Positions 1-12,770 of a DNA stretch of 64,000 nucleotides are shown in pieces. Under the pieces are notes generated by a model. The model saw only the letters and a program-made list of their open reading frames with translations. It searched no databases and was not told the DNA's origin. The translations under genes and the position numbers were made by a program. The stretch spans positions 147,002,001 through 147,066,000 of the forward strand of contig NC_042999.1 of NCBI RefSeq assembly GCF_006345805.1, read 5' to 3'. Numbering within the stretch: position 1 is the stretch's first letter; every line of letters begins with the position of its first letter. Origin of the DNA: Octopus sinensis. Lineage: Eukaryota.

Positions 1-880
1 TGTGCATGTGTGCGTATTTGTGCGGTTATGTGTGTCTGCCTATGGCCATGCTTATATGTTTGTGAATGTGTGCGCCATGTCTTCTTTAAGGGGTCGGCCT
101 TTTGTTCAAGTTCAGTTCGGTCCCAGATCTGCAAGGATTTGCTTCATTTATGGCAGTAATACTTTATGTAGGGCGGAGGGAAGTGATAACAGAGTGTGTG
201 TGTGTGTGTGAGTGTCTGACTGCTTGTGCGAGCGTTTGAAGTGTGTGGTCTAGAGTGCGACGGATGAGTCGGTTGTGTGAGTCAGTGCGTATGCTGTATG
301 TGTGTTTGTGTTAATTTGTGAGTGTTTGCATTCAAAGGTGTGCATTCCATTACATGTGTGTGCGCACCTGGGTATGCGTGAAGTGTAGCCATTTGTTTTA
401 ACAGGTAAGCATCAGTGCGTATGCCTGCATATGTGCGTTTTTCGTGAGCGTGAATGTCTTCTAGCGTACTTGTATTTGTGAGCGTATGTGTGCTCGAATG
501 CTTGCGCATGTCTGTATGTGTGTATGTCTGCATATGTATATGTCTGTATGTTTAGTATATGCGCGAGGACTTCAGTGTGTGGTTGTCTGTTCAAGTGTGT
601 GTATTTGTGTGTGTGTGTGCGTATGTATGTGCGATTATGCGTTCGTGTGTGTGTGCGTGCACTACCACGCGGTGGTGGAGGTGTATGGTAGTGTGTTGGA
701 ATTGTTGATAATTGCCTGTATTTATTTGTATGGATTTCCCTGTACCCTGCAGTCATTTTAATCCTACCCTATAGACACATGCAATCCACCCATACACATG
801 GACGCACATGTGTGTGTACACACACACAAGCACACACACAAATACACACAATACACACACATACAGACACTACACACCCT
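1..880. repeat. Degenerate (TG)n/(CA)n microsatellite-rich block
   Basis: Cryptic TG/CA dinucleotide repeats; the C/V/H/T-rich ORFs here are translation artefacts. Confidence 0.9.
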
Positions 881-1363
881 GTGTGGGTGGTATCAGTGAC
901 GTTGAGTTGGTTCTACTACTTGCTACGTATATTTTCTATTCAGTATTAGCCATATCTTATTTATGAGGACATACGTATCTGTCGTAACGAAAGGTCACTT
1001 GGATGTTTAGGCAAGATTTGGATACTACTTTGATTAATATGCCGCCTTGGTGATCTTGACATGCTAATAGAATATAGATAACTTCTCCGTCCTATTATAC
1101 TCCCACCAGTGTGCATTTAATCTCTCAGTTGAATGATTTTAAGTCTCCGCAATGTATATAACATTCCTGATATTGAAATCACCCTGCGATCATTTTATGC
1201 GGTAGACGATATTTTTGGTCTTATAGTTACTACTGGGTCGCATTAAACGAAATGACTGATTAGTTGGGTGATTATATATTTCAACGACTGACTAACTATA
1301 ATGAAGTGATATTTGACGAATGTTTGTGTCTATTATTATTAGCGTAATATTGCTGCCAAGAAA

Positions 1364-1762
1364 GGCGGCAAGCAGGCAGAAAGGTTAGCACGCCGGGCAA
1401 AATGCGTAGCCGTATTTCGTCTGTCGTTACGTTGTGAGTTCGAATTCCGCCAAGGTCGACTTTGCCTTTCATCCTTTCGGGGTCGATTAAAAAAGTACGA
1501 GTTACACACTGGGGTCGATATAATCGACTTAATCCGTGTGTCTGTCCTTGTTTGTCCCCCTCTGTGTTCAGCCCCTTGTGGGTAGTAAAGAAATAGATAT
1601 TTCGTCTGCCGCTATGTTCTGAGTTCAAATTCCGCTGAGGTCGACTTTGCCTTTCATCCATTCGGAGGTCGATAAAGTAATTACCAGTTGCGTACTGGGG
1701 TCGATCTAATCGACTGGCCCTCTCCACAAAAATGTCGGGCCTTGTGTCTTGAGTAGAAACGA
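1364..1762 (+). mobile_element. tRNA-derived SINE family A, dimeric copy
   Basis: Head GGCGGC..GGCAGAA with B-box-like GAGTTCGAATTCC; body GTCGACTTTGCCTTTCATCCTTTCGGGGTCGAT present twice; tail GGGCCTTGTG..AGTAGAAA. More than 10 homologous copies in the window. Confidence 0.9.
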
Positions 1763-1879
1763 ATATGCTTGACAAGAAGAAATGTGATATGGTTAGTTCT
1801 CTAATTCCAAAGATAGAGTTTGCGTCTTTGTTAGAAACTAGCTCCTTCTTTAGAGAAAGGATTTAACTAATTAAAAACA

Positions 1880-2135
1880 TTGTCTAGGGTGTTGCACCCA
1901 TGATCGTGAGATCATGGTTTCAATTCATCAAACGGGTGGTAAATTGTGCTCTTGAGCAAACCACTTCATCGCATGTTTCCCTGCGATTACAGTGCACCTG
2001 TTCAGGAAACGTCGATATAATGGAGTGAGTGAGCTAATGTACTGCATAAGCATTTGATCATTAGAAACAAATCGTTCGTGCAGGTCGTTCGGTAAAAGCA
2101 GAACGCTCATACGTCATCTTCGACAGGAGACTCCG
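1880..2135 (+). mobile_element. CORE-type tRNA-derived SINE variant, degenerate
   Basis: GATCGTGAGATCATGGTTTCAATTC head and GTGCTCTTGAGCAAACCACTT segment resembling family C, followed by a different tail. Confidence 0.5.
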
Positions 2136-2300
2136 TCATACACACACAATTGTACATACATATGTATGTATATATGGATTCGTCTCCCACCAACACCTGA
2201 CAACCGGCGTTGGTGTGTTAGCGTATTCGTAACTTCTGCAGAACGGACCGATAGAATAAGTAGAAGGCTTAAAATAAAACGAATGCTGGGATCAATTTCT

Positions 2301-2560
2301 TTTCTACTCTAGGCACAAGACCCAAAATTTAGGGGGAGGGGGCCAGTCGATTAGATCGACCCCAATACGCAACTGGTAATTAATTTATCAATCACGAAAG
2401 GATGAAAAGCAAAGTCGACCTCCGCGGAATTTGAACTCAGAACTTAAAGACAGACGAAATACCTATTTCTTTACCACCCACAAGGGGCTAAAAATAAAAA
2501 GGACAAACAAGGACAGACAAACGGATTAAGTCGATTACATCGACCCCAGTGCGTAACTAG
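2301..2560 (-). mobile_element. SINE family A, 3' part of a dimeric copy
   Basis: Reverse complement of the tail, body and spacer seen at 1364-1762. Confidence 0.9.
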
Positions 2561-2636
2561 TTCTTGCCGCCTTGCTGGGATCAGTTTGTTCCACTAAACC
2601 CTTCAAGATGAGAAAATAAAAGACGTGTGTGTGTGT

Positions 2637-2667
<31 letters not shown>

Positions 2668-3347
2668 AGTGTGTGTCCCTTTCTCTGTCTTTCTATCTCT
2701 GCCTCATATGCTTTCTTTCTCTGTCAACTTCAAACTAAAAATGTATGCTAATTATATTTGTTGATGTTTTGTTGTCGGCTCCGTTCCGATAGCCGATGTC
2801 TAAACATATTCTTCAACTAACTTATTCAACGTATACTTCCGTCCTCGAAGAGGGAAGGTTACGATCTTGTTACTGTCATATCTTCCTACTACATATACAA
2901 CTATATAAGATCGCCCTCATCGATTTCGGTAATATTATGTATACCATTCTTTTAAAGGAAATAATTGCCAATAAGTTTGTTGCTAATTATTTTTCTTTGT
3001 AAAAGTTGCTGTAGTTGTTTTGTTGTTAATTACTCTGTTCATAATGTTGCTATGCTGTTACTGTTCATGTAGATTTAGTTATTTTTGCGGGCAAAGTTTT
3101 TTTTTTCTTTTTAGTTTTTGTCTTTTAAACTTTAGAAAGGAGGGAATATCTAATTACACATTTCACTTTTATCTTTTACATCCTTCATTCGTTGGACTCT
3201 GGCCATGCTGGGGCATTGTCTGGAAGATTTTAGACGAAAATTTTGAGCCCAGTACTTACTTTAAAACCAAGTGCTATTTCCGTCGGTTTCCTTGCCTAAG
3301 CCATTAAGTTACGGGCACCGGAACGCACCAATAAAAGTTTGATCACC

Positions 3348-3349
<2 letters not shown>

Positions 3350-3441
<92 letters not shown>

Positions 3442-3449
3442 TATATATA

Positions 3450-3489
<40 letters not shown>
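3350..3489. repeat. (TA)n microsatellite
   Basis: Near-perfect TA run of ~140 bp; many similar runs occur throughout the window. Confidence 0.95.
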
Positions 3490-3490
<1 letters not shown>

Positions 3491-3499
3491 AATGAATGT

Positions 3500-3840
3500 T
3501 TTTATATATAATGAACGTGAAATACAGGAAGGGACGAACACGGAACACAGACAAATCATTCGAAGCCTTCAATCTTCAGTCAGACACCGAATCATCATAG
3601 CAAATTTCGGCTGTTCAATATGCATATATGGGTACAGGACGTCACCAACAAGTAAACATGAAATACGAAAACAAATGAGTTAAATACGCACATAACGCGA
3701 CAAAAACACGGAAAACAAGACAAATAATACAAAGGATGACCCCCTCATCAGTTGTCCGCTTTCAAACTACTCCTCATTTCGAGCAATCAACGACAATATG
3801 AGTCTTCGAAGACAGTTGCTCCCAAAGCCACGCATTCATT
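3500..3840 (-). mobile_element. Dispersed repeat related to the 55-56.7 kb tandem unit (PLE terminal-repeat-like)
   Basis: Minus strand reads CAGCCGAAATTTGCTATGATGATTCGGTGTCTGACTGAAGATTGAAGGCTTCGAATG, matching CAGCCGAAATTGCTAAGGTGATCTGGTTCTTGACTGATGACTGAGGGCTTCGAATG at 55058-55112; flanked by TA runs. Confidence 0.6.
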
Positions 3841-3879
3841 TCCAATTAAGCTTATATATATATATATATAATATATATA

Positions 3880-3929
<50 letters not shown>

Positions 3930-4737
3930 AACGCGCTTCTTTAAGCTTCCGTCTACACACGCAAGTATACTATATATACTATATACTATATATATGTCTC
4001 CATAACCTAGCGGATTGGCAGTTATGACTGGCTCCTCTTGAAAACATGTGACAATCTCAAGTTTCAATTATTTTACAAACTGATATTCCATTAAGGAAAG
4101 AGATAGGTTAATTGCCTGAAGAGGCGTGTTTCTGGCTCAATAACCTTCGTCAGACATTCCTCGATCTTATTTTCAGTAGGAAAGTACTTAGACTAATACG
4201 AAACTGAGTAGAATGGTCTTCTACACAATTTCCGTCTAACAAATGTATTCACAGTGTATTGATCGGCCCGTGGCCTTACAGAAAAAAAACTTGCTCAAGT
4301 TAGCGCGAAATGGGCATGAACCCCCGAAGCCATGTGATTAACCACAAAGCCATACATGCACCTATGTAACTGTTCATGAAAGTTTCCACAACCGCTAAAA
4401 CTGCTCAGTGCAAATTAGGAATTTATTTTTAAATGAGAGACATTGCTTCATTGTCCGATAAACTGAATTCAACTGAATGGAAAGGCACCGAAAGACCAGG
4501 TGAAGGGATTAAACAAGAGACTATGTCTTCAATCCAACTGCTCAAAGCAAAAGGGTTGCAACGATTACCACAAGGCATCACTTCCAACGCTCTAACTGCT
4601 CTGTCAAATTTACAACGCTTGACTGTTAAGACCCCGAAATGATATGGGGAGATTTTCCTCGCTGTTATTTGAACCAAGTTCACTGACAGTCGGAATAAAA
4701 GTTTCAAGGCATTTACTCCGACGTAGTAATCACTGAA

Positions 4738-4932
4738 GGCGGCGTGCTGGCAGAATCGTAAAAATGTCGGGCAGACTGCTTAACAGCAATTTTCCGTGTC
4801 TTTATGTTCTGTGTTCAAACCCCGCTGTGGTCAACGTTGCCTTTCATCCCTAAAGTATCAATAAAGTACAGTACCTGCTAAGTACTTCAGTCGCTGTACT
4901 CGACGTGTTCTGTCCTTGAAAATTTCAGGCCT
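4738..4932 (+). mobile_element. SINE family A, old degenerate monomer
   Basis: GGCGGCGTGCTGGCAGAATCG head, TTGCCTTTCATCC body, AAAATTTCAGGCCTT tail. Confidence 0.75.
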
Positions 4933-5460
4933 TTAACCCTGCAAAGGAAGGTATGCCATAGAAGGGGAATGCTGCGATCTTGGTCATTTAGGCGCCATGG
5001 AAACCAGCTGACCGACCTCTGAAATCCTTAGTCTCAATAAAACAAGAAACAAAGGTAACAACCCTGTCATTTTCTTCATTAGTGTTGCTATTGTTAATCT
5101 TATCATAGTCACGTGGTCTCGGGTTAGATTACACTACATAGCAACTTCGCCAACAGTATTTTACTATCGCCTCTGAAGGGACCCAGTCTAAAGTTTCCGT
5201 CTACGCAGTAAAACTACGTTGATGAAAACTATATTGAAGCCTGCCGGATGGTTTTTATCTGTAACTGAAAGCTAAAGCCTTGTTGCAAACTGAGTCCGGC
5301 TAATTGTTCCTACTTTCTTTAATAACATATGTCTAAGGAATACCCAGCCACTTACATGCTTATTCAACGACAAGTAATACGGCTGATCAAAAGAGCGATT
5401 CTCAACGTCAAAGCAATCCATTTATATTTTTAGTTTTGTATAGTTGTTATTATTACGAAA

Positions 5461-5900
5461 TCCTCGGCACGCCGTGCCAAATGCTTACTGGCATTTCGTA
5501 ACTCTTTGTGTTATGAGTTCAAATTCTATCGAGTTCGGCTTTTCATTTTATCTTTTTGGGGTCGTTTAAATAAGCATTAGGACTGATGTAATCAATTTAC
5601 CACCTCCTCCGATATTGTTGGCCTTGTACCATGATTTGAAGCCGATATAGCAGTTGAAAGACTTGTTATTGCTGCTATTCTTATTAAGGCGGTGAGCTGG
5701 CAGAATTGCGAGCACGCAGTTTGGAATGCTTATCAGTATTACGCCCGCCGCTACGTTCTGAGTTAAAATTCCGCCGAGGTTGTCTTTACCTTTCATCCTT
5801 TCGGGGTCGATGAATTAAGTACGAGTTAAGTACTGGTGGTCGATGTAATAGACTATACCCCTCCCCAAAATTTCAGGTCTTGTGCCTATAATAGAAAGGA
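5461..5900 (+). mobile_element. Two adjacent SINE family A copies (degenerate 5461-5640; better preserved 5688-5900)
   Basis: Family A head, body and tail motifs. Confidence 0.85.
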
Positions 5901-5994
5901 TTGTTATTATGCATTCTCTCCAGCGCCGCCGTGAGCGACACATCATTTGCACGATGTGGAGAATATACCACCAGCATTGCCCAAACGACTTCAA

Positions 5995-6190
5995 CATTAG
6001 CTTCAAGATTCATCTAAGACTAGGACCAAGAGCCATACGTCACCTACCTAATTCAGGATCACAACAAATTAATACACTGTAGCACAATTTCTTTCCTCAA
6101 CAGGCCCTGCCCTATTTAAAATTTGTCCCGAAACAGATCAAAGAGAAAAAAGATCCGTTCACCTTTAAACGGAATCATTGATACATTGGG
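5995..6190 (+). mobile_element. CR1/L2-like LINE ORF2 3' fragment
   Basis: CCCGAAACAGATCAAAGAGAAAAAAGATCCGTTCACCTTTAAACGGAATC is homologous to 25037-25090 (PKQIKEEK..SFKRNLD); frameshifted. Confidence 0.65.
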
Positions 6191-6239
6191 TGCGAATGGG
6201 AGGAATCATTTCGTTATGGTTGTAGCTAGAAGTGTTTGA

Positions 6240-8384
6240 AGGCAGTAACAATGACGATGGTGATGATGACGACATTGGTGATGACGAGGATGATGTTTTG
6301 TTTTGGTGATGATCAAGAGGAAGCGGATGTAATACTAATAGTGGTAGTAGCGGTTGTAGTAGCAATACTGTCGGTGATGGTAGGAGTGGTAAAAGTAATG
6401 ATGGGACAGTAGTAGGGGCGGTGAGAGCTGCAGTAAAAGTGTTGGTTGTGTTAAATATAGAAGTGAGGGTTACACTGGGGCTGTTAGGGACTGGGGTAGT
6501 GGTACGATGTGGTGGTGGTAGTGTTAGTGGGACAATGGTGGTGGTAATGGTAGTGTTAGTGGTACGATGGTGGTAGTCGTGTTAGCGGTGGTAGTTGTAG
6601 TGGGGGTAATAGTACTAGTGTTAGTAGTGGTGGTAGTAGATGCTGGTCTCAGCGCTGCGGCTATAGTTTCGGATGCAGTACAATAGTTACTTCTGCTGCT
6701 GCGCTGCAGTTCCTATTGAGACTGATGATGAAGTTACGGTTTGAAGATGCGATGACGATGTTGATGACGATCAAAATGATGATGATGATGATGTTGAGGA
6801 GAGGGAAGAGGAGAAGGAGGAGGGGGAAATGATGACAAGAAGTGGAGGGTGGAGGAAAGAAGGGCATGGAGGAGAGAGGGAGCGGTCAGCCATCCATTGA
6901 CAATGATAACGACGACGAGAAGGAAGAAAAAAGAGGAATGGTAGTAGCGTTGGGGTAGCGGACATGATGATGATGATGATGATGACGATGAGGAAGAGGA
7001 GGCGGATAAGGAGAGGAAGGAGAAGGAGGAGAAGAAAGATTAGGAGAATCGTTGTGGTGGCGACAATGATGAAGTTGACGATGACGACGACAACGATGAT
7101 GATGACAAAGATGATGATGATGATGATGATGATGGAGATGATGAAGATGATTACGATGATGACGATGACTGTATGTGCTGCATTTACTGTTATGTCTATA
7201 CTGCTGCTATTAGTGTCGGCGCTGCTGCTGATACTGCTGCTGCTGCTGTTGTAGAAGATGACGACATTGAAGGTGATGGCGTTGGTGTTGGTGGTGTTGA
7301 GTAAAATTGATAAATCTTTCTCAGCACCTGATACCGACCTTGCTCATTCATTCAACCCCCGCCGGCTCATTGAGAAAAAAATATATATACTCACAACAGT
7401 TGGTGGTTTAGCATGATATTGTAGTTTGGCCATTATAGTATTGCTGGTGGTGGTTATGAGGTTGTGGTGGTGGTAGCAGTAGGCGTGAGGGCAGGGGTGG
7501 TGAGGATGGTGGAAGCAGTGATAGTAATAGTGATGTTGATGGTAGTTGCGATGGCGATGGTGGTGGTGGTGATTATGATGGCGGTGGTGGTAGTGGTTTT
7601 AGTGGTGGTTATGGTGGTGGTGTCAGCGGCGGTTATGGTGATAGTGGTGACGGTTGTGATGGTGCGAGTCTTGATGGTGGAAGTGTTGACGATGAGAGTG
7701 GTGGTTGTTGCGGTGATGGTGGTGGTTATGGTGGGAGTGGCTATGGTAGTGGTAGTAGCGGTTGTGGTGATAGTGGTGGTGGTGGTAGTAGTGGTGGTTG
7801 TGGTAATGGTGGTTATGGTGATGGTGGTTGTGGTTATCATGGTAGAAGTGAGAGTGGTGGTGGTGGTGGTGGTTGTGGTGATAGCGGTGGTGGTTATGGT
7901 GGTATGGTTATGGAAGTGGTGATGGTGATGGTGATTATTGTGATAGTGGTGATTGTGGTGGTGCGGTTATAGTGGCGGTTGTGATGATATGGTTATGATA
8001 ATGGTGGTGGTGGTGGTGGTGGTTATGGTGATATGGTTATGATAATGGTGGTGGTGGTGGTGGTGGTGGTGGTGGTTATGGTGATATGGTTATGATAATG
8101 GTGGTGGTGGTGGTGGTGTTATGGTGATATGGTTATGGTAGTGGTGGTGGTGTTGGTGGTGGTGGTTATAGTGGTATGGTTATGGTAGTGGTGGTGGTAG
8201 CTGTGCTTATGGTATCTGCATTTGATGTGTTAGCGTTTGCGTAACAGTACCGTTATTGTTGGTGTTCTTTCTATTGCTGTAGTAGTTCTTGTTTTGTAGA
8301 GATAAAGATAGCTGTAGTGAGTTTCATGGTACTCAGCGGGAAGGTCATGCTAATTGTAGTAGTAGTAGTAGTAGCAGTAGCAGC

Positions 8385-8437
<53 letters not shown>

Positions 8438-8549
8438 AGAAGTGTTCAGGGTATTGATACGCAGATTGGCGGCAAACGTGACAGTTGCGTAACAATGATG
8501 GTGAAGGTGGTGGTGGTGTTTTACTTGCAAAAGTTCTTTGTAGTGGTTA

Positions 8550-8588
<39 letters not shown>

Positions 8589-8785
8589 CAGTGGTAGTAA
8601 GAGTAGTAGTAGTAGTAGTAGGAGTAGTAGTAGGAGTAGGAGTAGTAGTAGTAGTAGGAGTAGGAGTAGTAGTAGGAGTAGTAGTAAGAGTAGTAGTAGG
8701 AGTAGGTGTAGGAGTAGTAGTAGCAGCCGTAGTGGCAGCAGCGGCAGCAGCGGCAGCAGCAGCAGCAGTAATAGTTGTAGTAGTT

Positions 8786-8817
<32 letters not shown>

Positions 8818-8840
8818 GGTGGTGGTGGTGGTGGTGGTGT
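6240..8840. repeat. 2.6-kb compound trinucleotide repeat block (GGT/GAT/AGT/AGC/AGG)
   Basis: Seen directly; explains the poly-V/T/S/L/M ORFs. Confidence 0.95.
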
Positions 8841-8881
8841 CGACAGTGGTAGAAGAGGGGAATATTTTGCGTGCATCAAAA

Positions 8882-8989
8882 TTAAATTTGGTGCAGGAGA
8901 TTGTCGATGCAGTCCCTCTTGTCCACGTTCCTCGTGAGGATCAGCATCACTTTCCGACCCACGCAACCGGAAAAATCCTCATTCCTTTG
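8882..8989 (-). CDS. Candidate terminal exon or decayed coding fragment, QRNEDFSGCVGRKVMLILTRNVDKRDCIDNLLHQI*
   Basis: Follows TATTTTGTTATTAG (possible acceptor, with CTTAAT ~35 nt upstream); 17 of the last 20 sense codons end in G/C in an AT-rich background. Product unassigned. Confidence 0.25.
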   Translation of the reverse strand, partial: QRNEDFSGCVGRKVMLILTRNVDKRDCIDNLLHQI

Positions 8990-9899
8990 CTAATAACAAA
9001 ATACTTCCACCAAGAAAGAAGCGATTAAGTATGGCAAGTCTCCATTAAATTCGTAGTGCAAACCGTTAATCCAAGTAATGTGCAGGCAGCTCCTGCAGCT
9101 CTCACAAATGCATTTCAGCTGCGGCAGACCTTCGAGATAGACACTGCGTTCCATTATCTCTGGTCCACAATTATGTCTAGATTATTTGGAAAAACACACA
9201 TAGAAGACGAATAGCAGGCGCCATCGTTGTCCTTCAAAAAATCAACAGTGACTTTGTTACCACGCTATGGCCTTGCCATAAACATCCCATTACCAAGCTA
9301 AAAGTAAGGTTTTGGAATTATTACAAGAGAATGCTTAGATGTCCCAATCCCAAGCAACTAAACTACATGGTTAGAGATAAAAAGTAAATAGCAGTACCGA
9401 ATGATACACTTAGTACTCGAGGCTGAGAGAGAATTATCTTTGCTTGTGGTGCCTTCCTCGAGTGTCGCAGTGAAATGTCGACGTAAAACTACGACTAAAG
9501 TTTTAAAAAAAACCGCTTAACATAGACGCAAGAGCACAAATTCAAGATGTGTTAATTGTCTAAATCGACACAGTACTTCGCTGGTACGTTGCTTTATTGA
9601 TCTCGACAGAATAAGAGGTAAAGTAGATCTTGGCATGAGTTGAACTCAAAAGGTAATGAGTCAGAATAAAAACAGTACGAGCAAATAATAATTATTATCA
9701 AATATTTTAACAAAAACACAATGCCTCACATTTTGGGGAAGCTTATAGTTGCTGAATATCGCCAGAGAAAAATTAAAACGAACAGTCGACCCTGGAGGAT
9801 TTGGTAATCGGTAAGTAAAGAGGTATAACTGAAGACTCTAAATCATTTAGGCGATCGATATATCAAACCACACTGGCAATCTAACGTAAAATTACTGAT

Positions 9900-10479
9900 G
9901 ACCTTGCAGATATAATAATGACAGTAATTTTGGTAGTGTCTGTAAGTGCTGTAATGATAGCGGTGCTCGGATTACTAATGATAGATGATGATGTATAGAT
10001 GGCGATGATGACGACTACAACGACAGTGACATCGACGTTGATCATGATGATGATGTTGATGATGAGGTCGACTTTGATGAAAACGATTGACTTTAAAAAC
10101 TATGACGAAGACAGCTATGACGAAGATGACTATGATATGACCAAGCTTGTTATAACGAAGATGTCTAGCACCGCTACAATGAAGGTGATGATGGCGAGAA
10201 AAAGGTGAAGGATATGGTAATCGATATTGTCGTGATGATTGTGATGGCTTCGTTTATTTTATGGGCAGGGTAGCAAATTCGTAGAACCATTAATTGGTAG
10301 GAAAATATGCTATATTTTCAGCACTTCTTTAGGTTGTGAGCTCAAATTTCACCGATGCCGACTTTTCTTTTATCATCCAGAGGATGAGGGAATATAGTAT
10401 ATAGTAGCAGAGTCAATATATTGGACTGATCTCTTGCTTCAAAGTTACTAGTCTTGCGTCTAAATTTGAAAGAAATATT

Positions 10480-10519
<40 letters not shown>

Positions 10520-10597
10520 CAGCAGCAGCAGCAGCAGTAGCAGCAGTAGTAGTAGCAGTAGTGGTAGTAGTAGTAGTAGCAGCAGCAGCAGCAGTAA

Positions 10598-10636
<39 letters not shown>

Positions 10637-10710
10637 CAGCAGCAGTTGTAGTAGTAGTAGTAGTAGCAGCAGCAGTTGTAGTAGTAGTAGTAGTAGTAGT
10701 AGTAGATTCA
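9900..10710. repeat. GAT- and AGT/AGC-rich trinucleotide repeats
   Basis: Seen directly; interrupted by a short degenerate SINE-A piece near 10300-10385. Confidence 0.85.
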
Positions 10711-10931
10711 TGGTTCAACGATTCATTATTCAACGAGAGTACAATGCATTGTGAAATGCAGAAAGCAAGATGAGAGAAGTATGATATCTTGGTCATTCGT
10801 CTTGACATGGTCTTGCGACTAGAATTGAGATGGTCACACACAAGACGATGTGCATCTATTAACGATGTGCAACTATTCTTCACTTCAAAGTCAGTGCTCT
10901 GATGAACGAACACATATATGTATATCATGAA

Positions 10932-11242
10932 GGTACGTGTACCTAAGTGGTTAGAATATTCAGCTGAAAATCGTAAGGTCGTGAGTTCGATACCTTGCGA
11001 CGCAATGCGTCCTTGAGCAAGACACTTTATTTCCCGTTGTTCCAGTCCACTCAACTGGCAAATATGAGTAGCATCAGTATTTCAAAAGGCCAGCCTAGTC
11101 ACATTGTGTGTCACACTGAATCTTCTAGAAAACCGCGTTAAGGGTGCATGTGTCTGTGGAGTGTTCAGCCATAATTTCATGAGCTGGTTGTCTCGTTGAT
11201 CGGATCAGCTGGAACCGTCGTCGTCGCAGCCGACTGAGTGTC
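10932..11242 (+). mobile_element. tRNA-derived CORE-type SINE family C, near full length
   Basis: AAGTGGTTAG A-box-like and GAGTTCGATACC B-box-like motifs; GTCCTTGAGCAAGACACTTTATTTC CORE-like domain; homologous to 18309-18630. Confidence 0.85.
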
Positions 11243-12544
11243 AGTATGTGTATATCGGCTTTATCCATGTCTGTATCTACTGGCGTTGTGTCAATGCCTG
11301 GTTTATTTAATTCACTTCTGTTTTTATTTCTCTGTAATTTTGTTCATCTATTTAATCTAGTTTTTATCTTTCATCATTTTGGCTGCTTTATCTTCCCTTA
11401 TTGTTTTGTTTCAATACTTTTACTTATTTTGTCACTCACATCTGGGTGTACGTGTTCTCCCTTGTGAGCGTGTGTGTCTACGTATGCGTGCGTGTTGGTA
11501 TCTATTTGTATCAATATATGCGTCTGTGAATGTGTATGTGCGTGTTTACGATGTCTAAAATAGCTCTGAATGCGCGTACGCGAATGTGAGAGAGATATTG
11601 CTAGCAATAACCACGTCCACCATTATCTCTCAACAGTTCCTTTTCTACCACCGACCTTTGCATTTCCGTCTCCCGAACCAAGATAAGATGAAGGACCACA
11701 TAGTGATAATGATGATGTGGAGGAGGACGAAGAGAAGAAAAATAAGGCGAGGACGAAGAAAAGAAAAAGATCAAAGAAAGAAGAGACGGAGGAGGAACCA
11801 TGAGAGGATCAATCTATGTAATTGTTTCAAATTTTGGCACAAAGCCAGCAATTTGAGGGGGGGTGAGTTAGTTGTCTAATACCTGACTGGTACATTATTT
11901 CATCGATTCCAAAAGGATACAGAGAAAATTTGACGTCGGCGGTATTTGAACATGAAGTGTAAAGTGCCGAGTAAAATTCCGCGAAGCATTTTGTCCGGTG
12001 CGCTAAGGATTCTGTTATGCCAACTTGATGCTAAGCAGTCAATTATGCTATGGATGCATTAGCGAAAACCTGTTCGATAATTTGAAATAGATATCAAAGA
12101 TGATGATGATGAGGAGGAGGAGGAGGAGGAGGAGGAGGGGAGGAAGGGTAAGGAGGAGGACGATAACGATGACAACGTTGACAACCACGTTGACGATGAC
12201 GATGATGTAGTCTCCTTCAGTTTCGATATTATGCATTCTGTCCATCAATTAACAGCGCTGCCTGTTTAGTGACTCCATAAGTAAGTAATTGAGTTTCCTT
12301 CAAACACCTGCGCTTTTGATGTAATTCTCTGGCATACTCAGCCTGGCGTCAAGTAACAAGGCAACACCTTTGATATTCAAATAAATAGGCTTCCACACGT
12401 TTTCCTTTTATACAATTATTTTCAAAAATCTTGAGTGGCTTCCAGATTAATGTAGTAAAAGAGTTCCTAAAATGCCGTGAATTGGAATAGAACGCAGGAC
12501 ATCGTAATTATAATGTAAATATATCAACAATATCGGGTGCGGGT

Positions 12545-12770
12545 GGATGCAGATGTCTCAAAATAAAACTGGATCTCTTCCTGTCAGGTGTCCCAGATGA
12601 ACCAACTTCACGGCAGGAGGTGCAGATGAGGGCAGCTGCATCGAAATCTCTCATGCACCAAATGGCAATTGCTAAAATGCATTCGAGAAGTAAAATCATG
12701 TAGCAATACCGAATGGCGGTGCCCCAGCATAGCCACAGCTCGTGAACTGAAACTAGATAGGACATAAAAT
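12545..12770 (+). mobile_element. CR1/L2-like LINE 3' end
   Basis: Encodes KLDLFLSGVPDEPTSRQEVQMRAAAS; nearly identical to 56945-57150 and 57620-57830. Confidence 0.85.

Noticed and set aside
7454-8966. Long poly-V/T/S/L ORFs (128-177 aa)
   Set aside because: Translations of stop-free trinucleotide repeats; open in several frames and on both strands.
10413-11054. 213-aa minus ORF
   Set aside because: Composite of a SINE-C antisense segment and an (ACT/GCT)n tract.
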